Of a stretch of DNA of 64,000 nucleotides, positions 9,896-20,393 are shown one piece after another; position 1 is the stretch's first letter; every line of letters starts with the position of its first letter. The notes under the pieces are model-generated. The model did not search any database and was not told the origin of the DNA. It saw nothing but the letters and a program-made list of their open reading frames with translations. The stretch spans positions 947 through 64,946 of the forward strand of contig CAVWAA010000027.1 of NCBI GenBank assembly GCA_963752805.1. Reading direction: 5' to 3'. The translations under genes and the position numbers were made by a program. The DNA comes from Candidatus Binataceae bacterium (lineage in GTDB: Bacteria; Desulfobacterota; Binatia; Binatales; Binataceae).

Positions 9896-11518
9896 CTAGT
9901 GGGCGCCCGCCGGAGCTTTGCCCGCGGGCCGGGGCAGCAGCACCGTGAGCAGGAGGGCAACGATCATCACACCGGTCAGCATTCGGTAGATGTTATTGAG
10001 TGAGATCATCGTAGCCTGGTTTTGCACCGCGCCGTACAGCATGGACAGCCCTTGCTTTTGTCCGGTAATGAGCTGGTTCATGTAATTGAACCGGGTTCCT
10101 CCCGGCATGTGGGCTTGTCCAAGGCTCATCTGCCAGGCATTGAAAACGGTTACGTGCTCGGACAGATGGCTTTGCTGAATTTGCTCTTTACGCACGAGGA
10201 TAGTGGTCAAGACCGAGGTACCAATCGAACCACCAATATTTCGAGTCATGGAATAGATGCTGGCGGCGTAGCCCATCTGCTCACGTGGAATCGAACTTAA
10301 CGCTGATGCCGATAAATTGGGAAAGACGAGACCCATTCCAACCCCTTGAAAAACAGTCGGCCACACGAAATTTGAAATCGCCATGTTAAGGTTCAGGCTG
10401 CCGAGTTGCCAGGTTGACACCGCAACCATCAAAAAACCGAACGCCACCAAGGGCCGGGTGTCGTAGCCACGGCGCGCGATTCCACCGAGCAGAAACATTG
10501 ATGCCATGACGCCTAATCCACGCGGCGCCATCGCCAGACCCGCCTTCCAGGCAGTATAACCGAGCAAATCCTGTAGAAAGACGGGGTTGAGAATCTGCAT
10601 GCCGTAGGCGCCGAAGGTCAGCATGATGAGCAGCAAAGTCGGGATCGCGAACTTTCGATTGGTCAGCAGCCGCACGTGAATAATTGGTTCAGGCGTGCGC
10701 CATTCATGGATGATCAGCGCCACAAAAGCCGTTGCCGCAATGATCGAAAAGTACCAGACCCAGGGAGTGGCGAACCAATCCGCACGCTCACCACGATCCA
10801 TCACGATCTCGCCCAAACCAAGCGCCAGCACCATGCAGAGGATTCCCAGCCAGTCGGCGCGCCCGCGGCCCTTGAGCTTGCGCAAGTAAGAGGGATCATG
10901 CACAAAAGCCGAGACCATAAAACCGGCTGCGATGCCGATTGGCACATTGATGTAAAAGTTCCAGCGCCAGTTGAAGTTATCGGTGATGTAGCCGCCGACC
11001 GTCGGCCCCATGATCGGCGCGACCATTAGACCCAGTCCCCACACTGCCATCGCGAGCGTCTGCTCGTTGGGTGGAAAGGTTTCCATCAGGATCGCCTGCG
11101 ACAGAGGTTGTAAGGCGGCACCGGCTATTCCTTGAAGAAAACGGAAAGCGACCATCTGGTCCAGCGTCTGCGCTGCGCCGCACAGCACCGATGAGATGAC
11201 GAAGGCCGTGATCGAAATTAAAAAGTAACGTTTGCGTCCAAACCGGCCCGCGATCCAGCCGGTGGTCGGAATCATAATTCCGGCGGCTACGAGATAAGTC
11301 GTCACCACCCAGGTAACCTCGTCAACCGTCGCCGAAAAACTACCTTGCATATGAGGCAGCGCGACATTCACAATCGAGCTATCGAGCACTTCGAGGATAG
11401 TGCATAGGATCACCGAGACCGCGACGATCCATTTGCGCGCTTCCTCGGCCGCGTGGGTGGTTGAGGCCGGCGGCTCGCCGAGCTTGGGCCTGACCTCGGC
11501 TTTAGGGCTGGCCTCCAT
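9896..11518 (-). CDS. DHA2 (EmrB/QacA) family MFS efflux transporter
   Basis: 540 aa, about 14 predicted TM segments; DSSIVNVALPHM and GRFGRKRYF motifs typical of EmrB/QacA-type MFS. Confidence 0.87.
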   Translation of the reverse strand: MEASPKAEVRPKLGEPPASTTHAAEEARKWIVAVSVILCTILEVLDSSIVNVALPHMQGSFSATVDEVTWVVTTYLVAAGIMIPTTGWIAGRFGRKRYFLISITAFVISSVLCGAAQTLDQMVAFRFLQGIAGAALQPLSQAILMETFPPNEQTLAMAVWGLGLMVAPIMGPTVGGYITDNFNWRWNFYINVPIGIAAGFMVSAFVHDPSYLRKLKGRGRADWLGILCMVLALGLGEIVMDRGERADWFATPWVWYFSIIAATAFVALIIHEWRTPEPIIHVRLLTNRKFAIPTLLLIMLTFGAYGMQILNPVFLQDLLGYTAWKAGLAMAPRGLGVMASMFLLGGIARRGYDTRPLVAFGFLMVAVSTWQLGSLNLNMAISNFVWPTVFQGVGMGLVFPNLSASALSSIPREQMGYAASIYSMTRNIGGSIGTSVLTTILVRKEQIQQSHLSEHVTVFNAWQMSLGQAHMPGGTRFNYMNQLITGQKQGLSMLYGAVQNQATMISLNNIYRMLTGVMIVALLLTVLLPRPAGKAPAGAH

Positions 11519-11699
11519 CCGGATACGGGGTGAGAGCGAAGAACTTACCGACCAAAGCGTAACATCGCTATTATACGAAGGAAACTACCATCCGCTTTGC
11601 ATCGCGGCACTTTCCGACGCAAACTATTATTGTCTGGGTGAATGTCGCCAGACGAAGAAAGTCGGGCCCAACAGTGCCATCCAATGTCCTGCGCGCGCC

Positions 11700-12506
11700 A
11701 TGACAACACCATCCAGCCGCCAACCATCGCTCGAGGACCAAAAGCGTGAAGCCGCGGTAGATAAGGCGCCGCGTCATCCGCGATCCCGCTCGACGCGGCG
11801 GCTTCCGGGCACAACCCGGCGGCTTACGCAGTCTGAAAACGCCAGCCTGGTATGGCGAATCATCGCGGGCCGCACTACGCCCGGGGAGGCGCACGGTCTG
11901 CTGAGAGCCTGGCGCGGCTGGGAACAGCTTGCGAAACTTTTATGGCCCGTCGGCGACATTCCGGGTGCTCCCTACGGGTTACTTTGCCTCCGAGTTCTGC
12001 CTTATCACGGTGAACGGGTGATTCTCCCGGATAAGACGGCGGTCGTGCCGGGCGCGATAATAGGCGAACTGCATTGCAATAACCGCGCTATCTTGGAGCT
12101 CGTCCGCCGGCGCGGCAATCCCTTTGCCGCGTTCAGGGAGGATTTGAAAAGCCTAGGGAATTGGACTCAGCACGACGGGATCGGCTGCCAGATCGAGGCG
12201 TTTTACGCGTGCACAATCCTGACGAGATTAGCAGACCGCCTCGGCTTCACTGTTCTGGAGAAGCCCGCCACCTTGCGCCGGCGACTGGAGAAGTTTTTCT
12301 TTAAAGGCCTGCTGCTGCTGTATAATCAGGAAGGACTAGCGCGTATTCAGCATGGCTGTACGGCCGATACGTATCCGGCTGATGTGTGGCTGTCTCGTCG
12401 TGAACTTCTCCGCCTTTATCATGATCGCACCAGAGCCCGCGCGGGGCATCGGCCAGACAATCTGGCGCGCGCGCTAGCCCGGCCCGCGTGCAGGCTTACT
12501 CCCTAA
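11700..12506 (+). CDS. hypothetical protein (possibly YkoP-like domain)
   Basis: ORF 11400-12506 overlaps the MFS gene, so the first plausible ATG is at 11700. The C-terminal 200 aa ([35 protein letters not shown]...) look like a conserved globular domain; the family name is recalled from memory only. Confidence 0.45.
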   Translation: MTTPSSRQPSLEDQKREAAVDKAPRHPRSRSTRRLPGTTRRLTQSENASLVWRIIAGRTTPGEAHGLLRAWRGWEQLAKLLWPVGDIPGAPYGLLCLRVLPYHGERVILPDKTAVVPGAIIGELHCNNRAILELVRRRGNPFAAFREDLKSLGNWTQHDGIGCQIEAFYACTILTRLADRLGFTVLEKPATLRRRLEKFFFKGLLLLYNQEGLARIQHGCTADTYPADVWLSRRELLRLYHDRTRARAGHRPDNLARALARPACRLTP

Positions 12507-14948
12507 TGTGCTGCTTCAGCAGGTGGCCGCTCGCTTTCCGTCGGTGCTAGTAGCGAATCGGCTTTAACTCGCCGGCCGGCGCCATCAGCTCGCAGCACTT
12601 GCCTGAGCACATCATCGACGGTGTCGACGAAGATAATCTCCATTTCATTGCGAAGCTCGGCAGGGATGTCATCGAGATCGTGTTCATTGCGCCGCGGCAA
12701 CGCGACCGTATGAATGCCGGCGCGGCGGGCGGCGAGCACTTTTTCCTTGATGCCACCCACCGGCAGAACTTTGCCACGCAGTGTGATCTCGCCCGTCATC
12801 GCCACGTCCGAGCGGACCGGCCGGCCCGTCATCAGCGACGCTAACGACGCAGCGATAGTCACACCAGCGGAGGGTCCATCTTTGGGAATCGCGCCAGCAG
12901 GCACGTGCACATGGATATCGGATTTGTCGTAGAAGTCAGGCGCGATGCCTAGACCCTCGGCGCGAGTGCGAATATACGACAGCGCGGCCTGGGCCGATTC
13001 CTTCATCACGTCGCCGAGTGAACCCGTCAAGGTAAGCCCCTTTTTCCCACTCATCCGGGTGCTTTCAATAAAGATGATATCGCCACCGTTAGGCGTCCAT
13101 GCCAAGCCGGTCGCCACCCCGGGTTCGTTCGCCCGTTCCGCCACCTCGGAAAAATACTTGGGTGCCCCCAGGTAACGTTGCAGGAGGGCGAGCGTGATTC
13201 GTTCGGGCGGTGCTTCGCCCTCGGTAATGGAACGCGCGATCTTGCGGCAAATCCGGGCTATCTCCCGTTCGAGATTACGCACGCCCGCTTCGCGCGCATA
13301 ACTACGTATGATCTCCGCAACCGCTTCGTGGGTAAATTCAATCGGTTTGCCACTCAGGCCGTTTTCGGTGATCTGCTTCAGTCCCAAATGGCGGTCGACG
13401 ATATGAAGCTTTTCCTCTTCGGTGTAACCTGGCAGCTCCAGCATTTCCATACGATCGCGCAACGCATGTGGAATAGTATCGAGCATGTTGGCGGTGGTGA
13501 TAAACAATACCCGCGACAGATCGAAGGGCACGTCCAAATAATGATCGACGAAAGTACTGTTCTGCTCGGGGTCAAGCACTTCCAGCAGGGCCGAAGCCGG
13601 ATCGCCGCGGAAATCGGCGCCGAGCTTATCAACTTCGTCGAGAATAAATAGCGGATTATTTGAACCGGCGTTGCGCAGCCCTTGAATAATGCGTCCCGGC
13701 AGTGAGCCGATGTAGGTGCGGCGATGACCCCGGATTTCCGCTTCATCGCGGATGCCGCCGAGCGACAAGCGCACGAATTTGCGGCCCAGGGCACGCGCGA
13801 TCGAACGGCCCAGCGATGTTTTGCCGGTGCCTGGCGGTCCGACAAAGCACAAAATCGGGCCTTTGCTGTCGCGCTTGAGCTTGCGTACCGCCAGGAATTC
13901 GAGGATGCGTTCTTTGACCTTTTCGAGGTCATAGTGATCCTCGTCGAGCACCGCGCGCGCGTGTGTAATGTCGAGATTATCCTCGGTTGAGACACACCAG
14001 GGCAGGCTGACCAGCCAATCGAGATAAGTCCGTACGACGGTATGCTCCGCCGATTCCGGCGGAATCATTCGCAGGCGTTCCAACTCCTTGTCGGCCGCCT
14101 TGCGGGCCTCCTCAGGCATGCTGGCCGCCTCAATCTTCTTTTCGAGGTCGTCGATCTCTGCCGAACGGCCATCAGTTTCGCCGAGTTCTTTTTGAATCGC
14201 CTTGAGCTGCTGACGCAGGAAATACTCACGCTGGTTCTTGTTGAGTTCAGTCTGAACCTGCGATTGGATCTTATGACCCAATTCGAGCAATTCGATCTCG
14301 CGGCTGAGAATGACGATCAGCTTTTCGAGACGCTGGCGCACATCGAGCGTCGAGAGCAGATCCTGCAGTTCTTCAATTGCAATCTTGAGATAAGACGCAA
14401 CCAGGTCGCTAAGCCGTCCGGGTTCCCGAACCTGCATCGCCATCATCTGCAGCTCATCAGGCAAGTAGGGCACCAACGAAACGAATTTGGAAAACTGGCT
14501 GACAAGGTTGGCCTGAAGTGCGTCGACTTCGCGGTCCGCCAGCAGCGTCTCGGATAGACGGCTGACCTGCGCGACGAAATAAGGTTCACTGCTGCGTGAA
14601 TTGCTGAAGATCGATACGTGCGATGCCCTGCACCAGAACCCGAACGCTCTTGTCCGGGTACTTGAGCATTTTGAGAATCCGGACGGCAGTCCCGCGCTGA
14701 TAGAGCCCCTCGGCGGCCGGACTTTCCTCTTCCGGATTTTTTTGCGCCGCCAGCGCGATGAGCTGGGACTGGCCTACATCCTCGAGCAGCTTGAGCGAGG
14801 ATGGACGAGAGACCAAGAAAGGATGCGTTTGGTTGGGGAAAATAACGATGCCACGCAACGGTAGGAGCGGCAACGTCTGCGGAATTTCGACCTGCGTCAA
14901 ATCCTCTTCGGTTTCGAAGTGCTTCTCTTCCTGGCCTTTATCTGCCAT
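12503..14948 (-). pseudogene. lon: ATP-dependent Lon protease, interrupted by a single +1 frameshift at about 14588
   Basis: ORF 14586-14948 is the Lon N-domain start (LPLLPLRGIVIFP...) and ends FTQQ-TGA. The next frame reads on without a stop as [37 protein letters not shown] into ORF 12503-14476. That ORF carries Walker A GPPGTGKT, the sensor regions and the protease Ser motif DGPSAG. Confidence 0.88.
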
Positions 14949-15141
14949 AGCTTACCTGTACCACCCCGCTTGAACGGAAACCTTCCGGGGCAATGTCACG
15001 CGGGTCCCAGCGGACCAGCCGCCACTTTCCCGGCTCGAACGGTTTAACGTAGTATAGAACCCGAGGCTCCCGAATATCCTAACGCAAATATAAGCATGAT
15101 TCGCAACGTCGCCAGGGGCCTACCGCTGAGGTCGGTAGAGC

Positions 15142-15570
15142 TTGCCAAGTTATCGATTCGATAAACTTTTTACGCCGGCCGAGGCGAATGAGCTGATTCC
15201 AAGGCTCGAAGTGGCTATCCGCGAACTTCAGGCTAAGGCCGGCGAACTTCGGCGCCTTATCGCTGAACTGGTTGAGTTCGACCCGGCGGTTCGGCAGCTA
15301 GCGTTGCCAAAAATAGTTGAACGCTACCCGCAATTACGCGAATCAGCGGGCCAGCTGGCTCAAGCCGCAGAAAAGATAGAAGCCTATGGGTGCCTGCTCA
15401 AAGACATCGATCAGGGCCTGGTCGATTTCCCTTGGGAAATGGAAGAGGACCGGGTCAGCTTTCTCTGCTGGCAATTTGGCGAGCCGGCAGTGGTTGCCTG
15501 GCATCCAGTCGAAGCTGGTTTCGCACAGCGTCAGCCGCTCCCGGGCGCACCCAAACGCTATCTGAACTGA
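15142..15570 (+). CDS. DUF2203 domain-containing protein
   Basis: 142 aa; N-terminus FTPAEANELIPRLEVAIRELQ matches the remembered DUF2203 pattern. Confidence 0.65.
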   Translation: MPSYRFDKLFTPAEANELIPRLEVAIRELQAKAGELRRLIAELVEFDPAVRQLALPKIVERYPQLRESAGQLAQAAEKIEAYGCLLKDIDQGLVDFPWEMEEDRVSFLCWQFGEPAVVAWHPVEAGFAQRQPLPGAPKRYLN

Positions 15571-15627
15571 TGGAATTCACCTTTCTGACCGCCGCTCCTT
15601 TTCAGGTTCGGTTTTCGGCTTAGCAGA

Positions 15628-16095
15628 ATGACACTGACGCTGTTCATCTACCTGCTTTCACTGGTTTGTTGGCTAGGGGGAATGGTTTTCTTTTCAATTT
15701 TCAGCGCGCCGGTAATCTTCCGCGTGCTCACCCGCATCGACGCGGGCAAGGTGGTGAGCGGAATTTTCCCACGTTACTACCTGTTGGGTTACATTGCCGG
15801 TTCAATCGCCCTGGTGCTGGCGCTTTATTTTTGCGTGCTGCGGACCGGGCGGCTGTGGTGGATACTCAGCGCGGTAGCGCTAACGCTTGCGCTAGGATTG
15901 ACGGTTTACGCCGGCGCGGTGCTGCGCCCACGGATTGACGCGATTCATATGGTCGCTGAAGAACAAAATCCTGATGCCGCGCACAAGGCCGAATTTGATC
16001 GCCTGCACCGCTTATCAGTATCGCTCAATGGCGGTGTTATGGTGCTTAACCTGCTGGCGCTCCTCAGTACCGCAGCGGCGCTTTCACAACAATAG
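15628..16095 (+). CDS. DUF4149 domain-containing membrane protein
   Basis: 155 aa, 4 hydrophobic segments, LGGMVFFSIFSAPVIFRVL start typical of DUF4149. Confidence 0.65.
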   Translation: MTLTLFIYLLSLVCWLGGMVFFSIFSAPVIFRVLTRIDAGKVVSGIFPRYYLLGYIAGSIALVLALYFCVLRTGRLWWILSAVALTLALGLTVYAGAVLRPRIDAIHMVAEEQNPDAAHKAEFDRLHRLSVSLNGGVMVLNLLALLSTAAALSQQ

Positions 16096-16117
16096 AGGCG
16101 TGGCAGCAACGTCAAAA

Positions 16118-16882
16118 ATGTTCAACCGTGAATTTCGGGCGATCGTAGTCGACCTCTTCGACACACTGGTCAAATGGGAGCCTGAACGTCTGCCGCTAAT
16201 GGAAATAAATGGGCGCGCTATGCGTACCACCATGCCGTGGATATTTCCCAGACTGCAGCAACGCCTTGGCAGCGCCTTCGACCAGGACGGCTTTATCGAC
16301 ATTTATACCGCGGTGATCGGAGAAATCGAGCTGGAACGCGAACGCGACGGCATTGAAATTACTTGTTGGGAACGCTTTGTCCGCACCCTCGCGCGCATTA
16401 CCGCGGTCGCGCCCGATGAGGCGGAAACGTTTGCAGAGGAACTGACTCGAATACACATGAGTCAGGTGCGGGCGGTCACCGCGGCGCCGATGGAAAGAGT
16501 CGAGGCGATTCGCCTGCTCGCGCCTCATTACCGGCTTGGCCTGCTGTCTAATTTCGACGATGCGCAATGTGGCCGTGAGGTATTGGCCGACACCGGCGTC
16601 GCCGAATTATTCGAGGCCGTGATAATTTCCGCAGAGGTACGCTTGCGTAAACCTGACCCGCGGATCTTTCGCCAAATGCTCGCGATGCTTGACCTGGCGC
16701 CTCATGAAGTGCTGTACGTTGGCGATACGCCGCGTGACGACGTTTGGGGCGCTCACCAGGTTGGAATACCTACCGCCTGGATCAGCAAGGGAGCCGCCGC
16801 GCTGCCCGAAGGTATTCCACAGCCCCGATTTATAATTCAGGAACTTTCCGAATTGCCGCGAGTGCTCGGATTCTTTGGCTAG
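16118..16882 (+). CDS. HAD family hydrolase
   Basis: ORF 15935-16882 with ATG at 16118; HAD motif I IVVDLFDTLV, motif III/IV RKPDPRIF ... YVGDTPRDDVWGA. Confidence 0.8.
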   Translation: MFNREFRAIVVDLFDTLVKWEPERLPLMEINGRAMRTTMPWIFPRLQQRLGSAFDQDGFIDIYTAVIGEIELERERDGIEITCWERFVRTLARITAVAPDEAETFAEELTRIHMSQVRAVTAAPMERVEAIRLLAPHYRLGLLSNFDDAQCGREVLADTGVAELFEAVIISAEVRLRKPDPRIFRQMLAMLDLAPHEVLYVGDTPRDDVWGAHQVGIPTAWISKGAAALPEGIPQPRFIIQELSELPRVLGFFG

Positions 16883-17006
16883 ACGAGGTTAGGTCCGGCA
16901 ACCGATTTTGCCCGTGTGAAGCGAAAACGTGCTGGGCGAAGCAGGCTTCCAGCGAGCGTTTATAGTCAAAGCGGGCTCTGCTGCTTGCTGAACGAAATGA
17001 ACGAAG

Positions 17007-17483
17007 ATGAAGGCGGCTCGCAAATCAATTGCGATCGTCGGTGCTAGTGACGCCGCCATCACGGTTTGCGATCTTGCATACGCGGCGGGTATCGCGGTTG
17101 CCCGCCGTGGTGCAGTGCTAATCTGTGGCGGACGCGGCGGGGTAATGGCTGCCGCCGCCCGCGGGGCGCAATCTGCTGGCGGGCTGACCATCGGCATTCT
17201 GCCTGGATACGACCGCCGCGAGGCGAACGCGAGTATTGAGATCGCGATCGCGACCGGTATGGGCGAGGCACGCAATGCGATCGTCGTAGCGAGCGCCGAT
17301 TCGGTCGTCGCGCTTGAAGGCGAGGGCGGTACCCTTTCGGAGATTGGCCTCGCAATAAAACTCGGCCGTCCGGTGGTCGGATTACGGGCGTGGCAGCAAC
17401 TCGAAATGATCTCGCACGCCGCCGACCCGTTTGCCGCGGTTGACCTCGCACTTGAGCTCGCCGAGCGGCACGAGCGCGAGTAG
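17007..17483 (+). CDS. TIGR00725 family (LOG/SLOG-like) protein
   Basis: 158 aa; IAIVGASD...VLICGGRGGVMAAAARGA...GMGEARN...GGTLSE pattern of the LOG-like Rossmann family. Confidence 0.75.
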   Translation: MKAARKSIAIVGASDAAITVCDLAYAAGIAVARRGAVLICGGRGGVMAAAARGAQSAGGLTIGILPGYDRREANASIEIAIATGMGEARNAIVVASADSVVALEGEGGTLSEIGLAIKLGRPVVGLRAWQQLEMISHAADPFAAVDLALELAERHERE

Positions 17484-17540
17484 GCGGGTCGCAGCAGAGC
17501 CGAGCTAAGGGAGCGTGCGACCTGCGCATAGAGAAGATCA

Positions 17541-17954
17541 ATGGCCGACGTGTATCATCGGTTTCCCGCCTTGCGGCAATTAGTCGAAGGCCCATTCTCG
17601 GCACTACTTGGACTTACCGTGGATAGCGCAACGGAGGGGCAGGTGACCGTACGAATGCCGTTCCATGAGCGGCTGCTCAACTACGGCCCGCCCGACGTTC
17701 CCGTGCATGGCGGAGCGGTCGCGTCGCTGGCTGATTTCGCCGCCTGCGCCGCAGTATGGACACTGGCAGGGACGCAGCGGAGCGCGACCATCTCGCTAAC
17801 CGTGAATTACAGCTCGCCGGCGGTCCAAAGCGAATTGCTCGCTATTGCTACAGTTCGTCGCAGCGGTAAACGCGTAGCCAGCATTGCGGTCGAAATCCGC
17901 GACCGTCACCACGCACTAATCGCCGACGCCCTAGTTACGTACAAGATCGCCTGA
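17541..17954 (+). CDS. PaaI family hotdog-fold thioesterase
   Basis: 137 aa; LLGLTVDSATEGQVTVRMPF...VHGGAVASLAD motif. Confidence 0.8.
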   Translation: MADVYHRFPALRQLVEGPFSALLGLTVDSATEGQVTVRMPFHERLLNYGPPDVPVHGGAVASLADFAACAAVWTLAGTQRSATISLTVNYSSPAVQSELLAIATVRRSGKRVASIAVEIRDRHHALIADALVTYKIA

Positions 17955-18516
17955 ATCAACGATGCACTTAGACGAACACTCAACGCTGCGTGGACGCACG
18001 GCCGCGCTGCCAGCAATTTGACTCGACGCTGTATTAATGGCGGCGAATTTACGCTGCGGCCCTCGCGAAGATGAAAAAAGCCTTTGCTCATCGGAGCAGG
18101 TTAATGCCTCGATTAACGTGCGACCGGGAGAAGCTGGGCGAGAACGCGATTCTTCCAGACAATTAGCTGTGCTTGTTTGGATGCGGACGAAATCTGAAGA
18201 CCGTACTTTGCCCTTCCGGCCAAATGAGTAATCTACTCGCCTTCTATCCCATGCACCAAAGGGTGTAATCACTTCACCTTGCGCGGTGCTCTAGTTCGGC
18301 TCTTGCGAAGGGTAGCCGCAAAAGAGCGCTGGATGTTTCAAAAAGCGGCTTGGCATACGGGTTGCGGTTACCATCGGCGTGACTGTAAAGAAGTAGCGCT
18401 TTGGTGCGCTGCTCAACTTAAAATTATTTGCGACAGGCGCCCATCCCGTCAAGAAAAATGACTGGGGGTAGACTGGCAGTCACGTTGTCGCAGCAAAATT
18501 TCCCAGGAGGAGCATT

Positions 18517-18891
18517 ATGCGTTCGATCACACGATTCAGTACCTATTTGCTCGGAGCCGGTTTAGCATTGTCCGTGACAGCCTTTGCTCCAGCGGCGTTT
18601 GCCCAGGACTCCGGCACCAGCGGCTCGACTGCCGGGAGCTCAAGCAGCAGCATGGCGCCAAACAGTGCAGCGAGCCCCAACAGCGGTGCGGCGACCAATA
18701 ACAGCGGTGGGATGACTTCTCCTTCGGGGCCTGTCAGCGGCTCTGATAATTCCGCCACTAACCCCAATTCGGCTGCGAATCCCGCGACCTCCAGCGGCAG
18801 CGTGGGCTCGAGCGGCAGCATGGGCTCAAGCAGCACATCCCCGGGTTCCAGCAGCTCGACCAGCGGCGGTACCACCAACACCGCTCCGTGA
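18517..18891 (+). CDS. secreted low-complexity Ser/Gly/Asn/Thr-rich protein
   Basis: AGGAGG 7 nt upstream of the ATG; signal peptide ending AFA-QD; the remaining ~95 aa are S/G/N/T/P low-complexity. Confidence 0.6.
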   Translation: MRSITRFSTYLLGAGLALSVTAFAPAAFAQDSGTSGSTAGSSSSSMAPNSAASPNSGAATNNSGGMTSPSGPVSGSDNSATNPNSAANPATSSGSVGSSGSMGSSSTSPGSSSSTSGGTTNTAP

Positions 18892-19060
18892 CGATTGTCC
18901 GGACGAGAGCGTCGGGCGTGATCAGTTTAAGCACGGCGCTCTCGAGCTAGCCCGTCCTGCGCAGAATAAACCTCATCCTGAAGAGGGCTGACGCTGAAAA
19001 AAGACAAAAAACAAAACGGCCAACGATCCAGAGAGGAAATCAAGCGAATTAGTCAGGAAC

Positions 19061-19248
19061 TCGACCAAATTAAAGCCGAACTCGATCAGGCAAAGACACA
19101 GCTCGACCAACTGAAGAGAAAGCTCGAGCGGTTAACGAGCAAGAAACCCTGAGAGATGGACGAGCTTAGAGTCCATGCGGAGCGAGGGAAATTGTTCTGC
19201 CTATTTCCCTCGTCCTGATGGTTTCTTGGTCAGGGACTGCGCCTCGTG
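19061..19248. repeat. direct repeat copy R1 (~188 bp) bracketing the cyclase islet
   Basis: Aligns by eye to 27828-28013 with about 10 differences including two 1-nt gaps. Contains the 3' end of a coiled-coil ORF fragment (...ELDQAKTQLDQLKRKLERLTSKKP-stop) and conserved hairpins. Confidence 0.85.
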
Positions 19249-19262
19249 GGATACAACTCCAG

Positions 19263-20393
19263 CTACGCGGCTAAGTCGTCGAGTAAAGCCTTGGCATCTT
19301 TCAGGTCGGCGGTATCGAACCCTTCGGTAAACCAGTTATAGATGCTGACGAGCATGGTCCGCGCCTCGTCGCGATCGCCTCGTTCCCCCAACAGGCGGCC
19401 CAGACAAATTGCTGCGCGTAACTCGTGAGACTTAGCGTTTTGCTTGCGTGCGGCATCGATGGCCTTGCGAAAGAAGGTCTCGGCCTCAATTCCTGTTCGT
19501 GGAGAAGGGGTTTGCAACCCTAACCTCGACTCACCGGAAGTTTTTTCTGACTGAAGCACGAGTGTTCCTTTCAATCGATAAACCTCCGGCTCATAGAACC
19601 GCTCATCGGCGTGCTCTATCCAATCCAAGGCCTCCCATATGGCGTGCAGCGCTTCATCCGGATGACCCAATGCGCTGTGACCTTCAGCTATGAGACTCAG
19701 ATGATAGGGTCGGAAGGAGTCTGCTCCTGTAGCGCGGTACGCACTCAAACCCTCGAACATTTGCTTGATTCCATCGGCTTCTCCCTTCTGGGCCAGCGCC
19801 CAACCCTGCATTATCTTCCCCAAGGCAAGGAAGAACGGAAACCCCTGATCAGTGCACAGAGTGATACACGCGTCTGCCCGCCCTTGGACCGCCTCACTCT
19901 CGCGGCGCAATTGATGAACGATCGCGGCAAACGTCAAAGCCAATGCCAAACTGAGAGGATGAGACAGGTTTTCCGCCAAAGAGATTGCGTCGTACACGCT
20001 CTCCAAGGCCTGGTCCGGATAGCCCAGGGCCCAAAAAGCCAGCGCTTGAAAGCAGAAGCAGCACACCCCCGGATCGTCCCCGGAGATGGAAAAGGCGAGC
20101 GAGTGATATTTCCGATCGTAGAGAGCGATGCCCTGTTGCGCATGCTCCCGCGCGGCGGTCAGCTCACCGAGGTAGGCCAGGTTATACGCCAGCATATGAC
20201 GAGCCTGCAACAACAGCCCCGGGTCTTGTAAGTTTCGGGCTAGACTAAGGCCCTGCTCCGCCAGCTCACGCGCTCTGCGCAGCTTTGCTCGATGTACATA
20301 AAACGCCTGGAGGTCGCGCCAGTGGAGCGCGGCTGCTGCGCGGAGCGAGCAGGCGAGTCTGCGAGCTGCGTCAGGATTCTCAGTTGAGCTCAT
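19263..20393 (-). CDS. TPR-repeat protein, C-terminal-only remnant paralog of the cyclase/ATPase/TPR family
   Basis: Open 376-aa frame from ATG 20393. Aligns to the TPR half of the two neighbouring genes and ends with the family C-terminus IYNWFTEGFDTADLKDAKALLDDL. Lacks the zinc ribbon, cyclase and ATPase parts. Confidence 0.7.
   Translation of the reverse strand: MSSTENPDAARRLACSLRAAAALHWRDLQAFYVHRAKLRRARELAEQGLSLARNLQDPGLLLQARHMLAYNLAYLGELTAAREHAQQGIALYDRKYHSLAFSISGDDPGVCCFCFQALAFWALGYPDQALESVYDAISLAENLSHPLSLALALTFAAIVHQLRRESEAVQGRADACITLCTDQGFPFFLALGKIMQGWALAQKGEADGIKQMFEGLSAYRATGADSFRPYHLSLIAEGHSALGHPDEALHAIWEALDWIEHADERFYEPEVYRLKGTLVLQSEKTSGESRLGLQTPSPRTGIEAETFFRKAIDAARKQNAKSHELRAAICLGRLLGERGDRDEARTMLVSIYNWFTEGFDTADLKDAKALLDDLAA

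Noticed and set aside
14560-14600. Programmed ribosomal frameshift in lon
   Set aside because: There is no slippery heptamer, homopolymer or obvious downstream stimulatory structure at the CAGCAGTGAACC junction. A mutation or sequencing error is the simpler explanation.
17059-17604. 181-aa minus-strand ORF
   Set aside because: Antisense shadow of the TIGR00725 gene, extremely Arg/Pro-rich.
18990-19152. Coiled-coil ORF (…KKDKKQNGQRSREEIKRISQELDQIKAELDQAKTQLDQLKRKLERLTSKKP) considered as a small gene
   Set aside because: No ATG/GTG/TTG start follows the upstream in-frame TGA, and the second copy in R2 is out of frame. Treated as a gene fragment inside the repeat.
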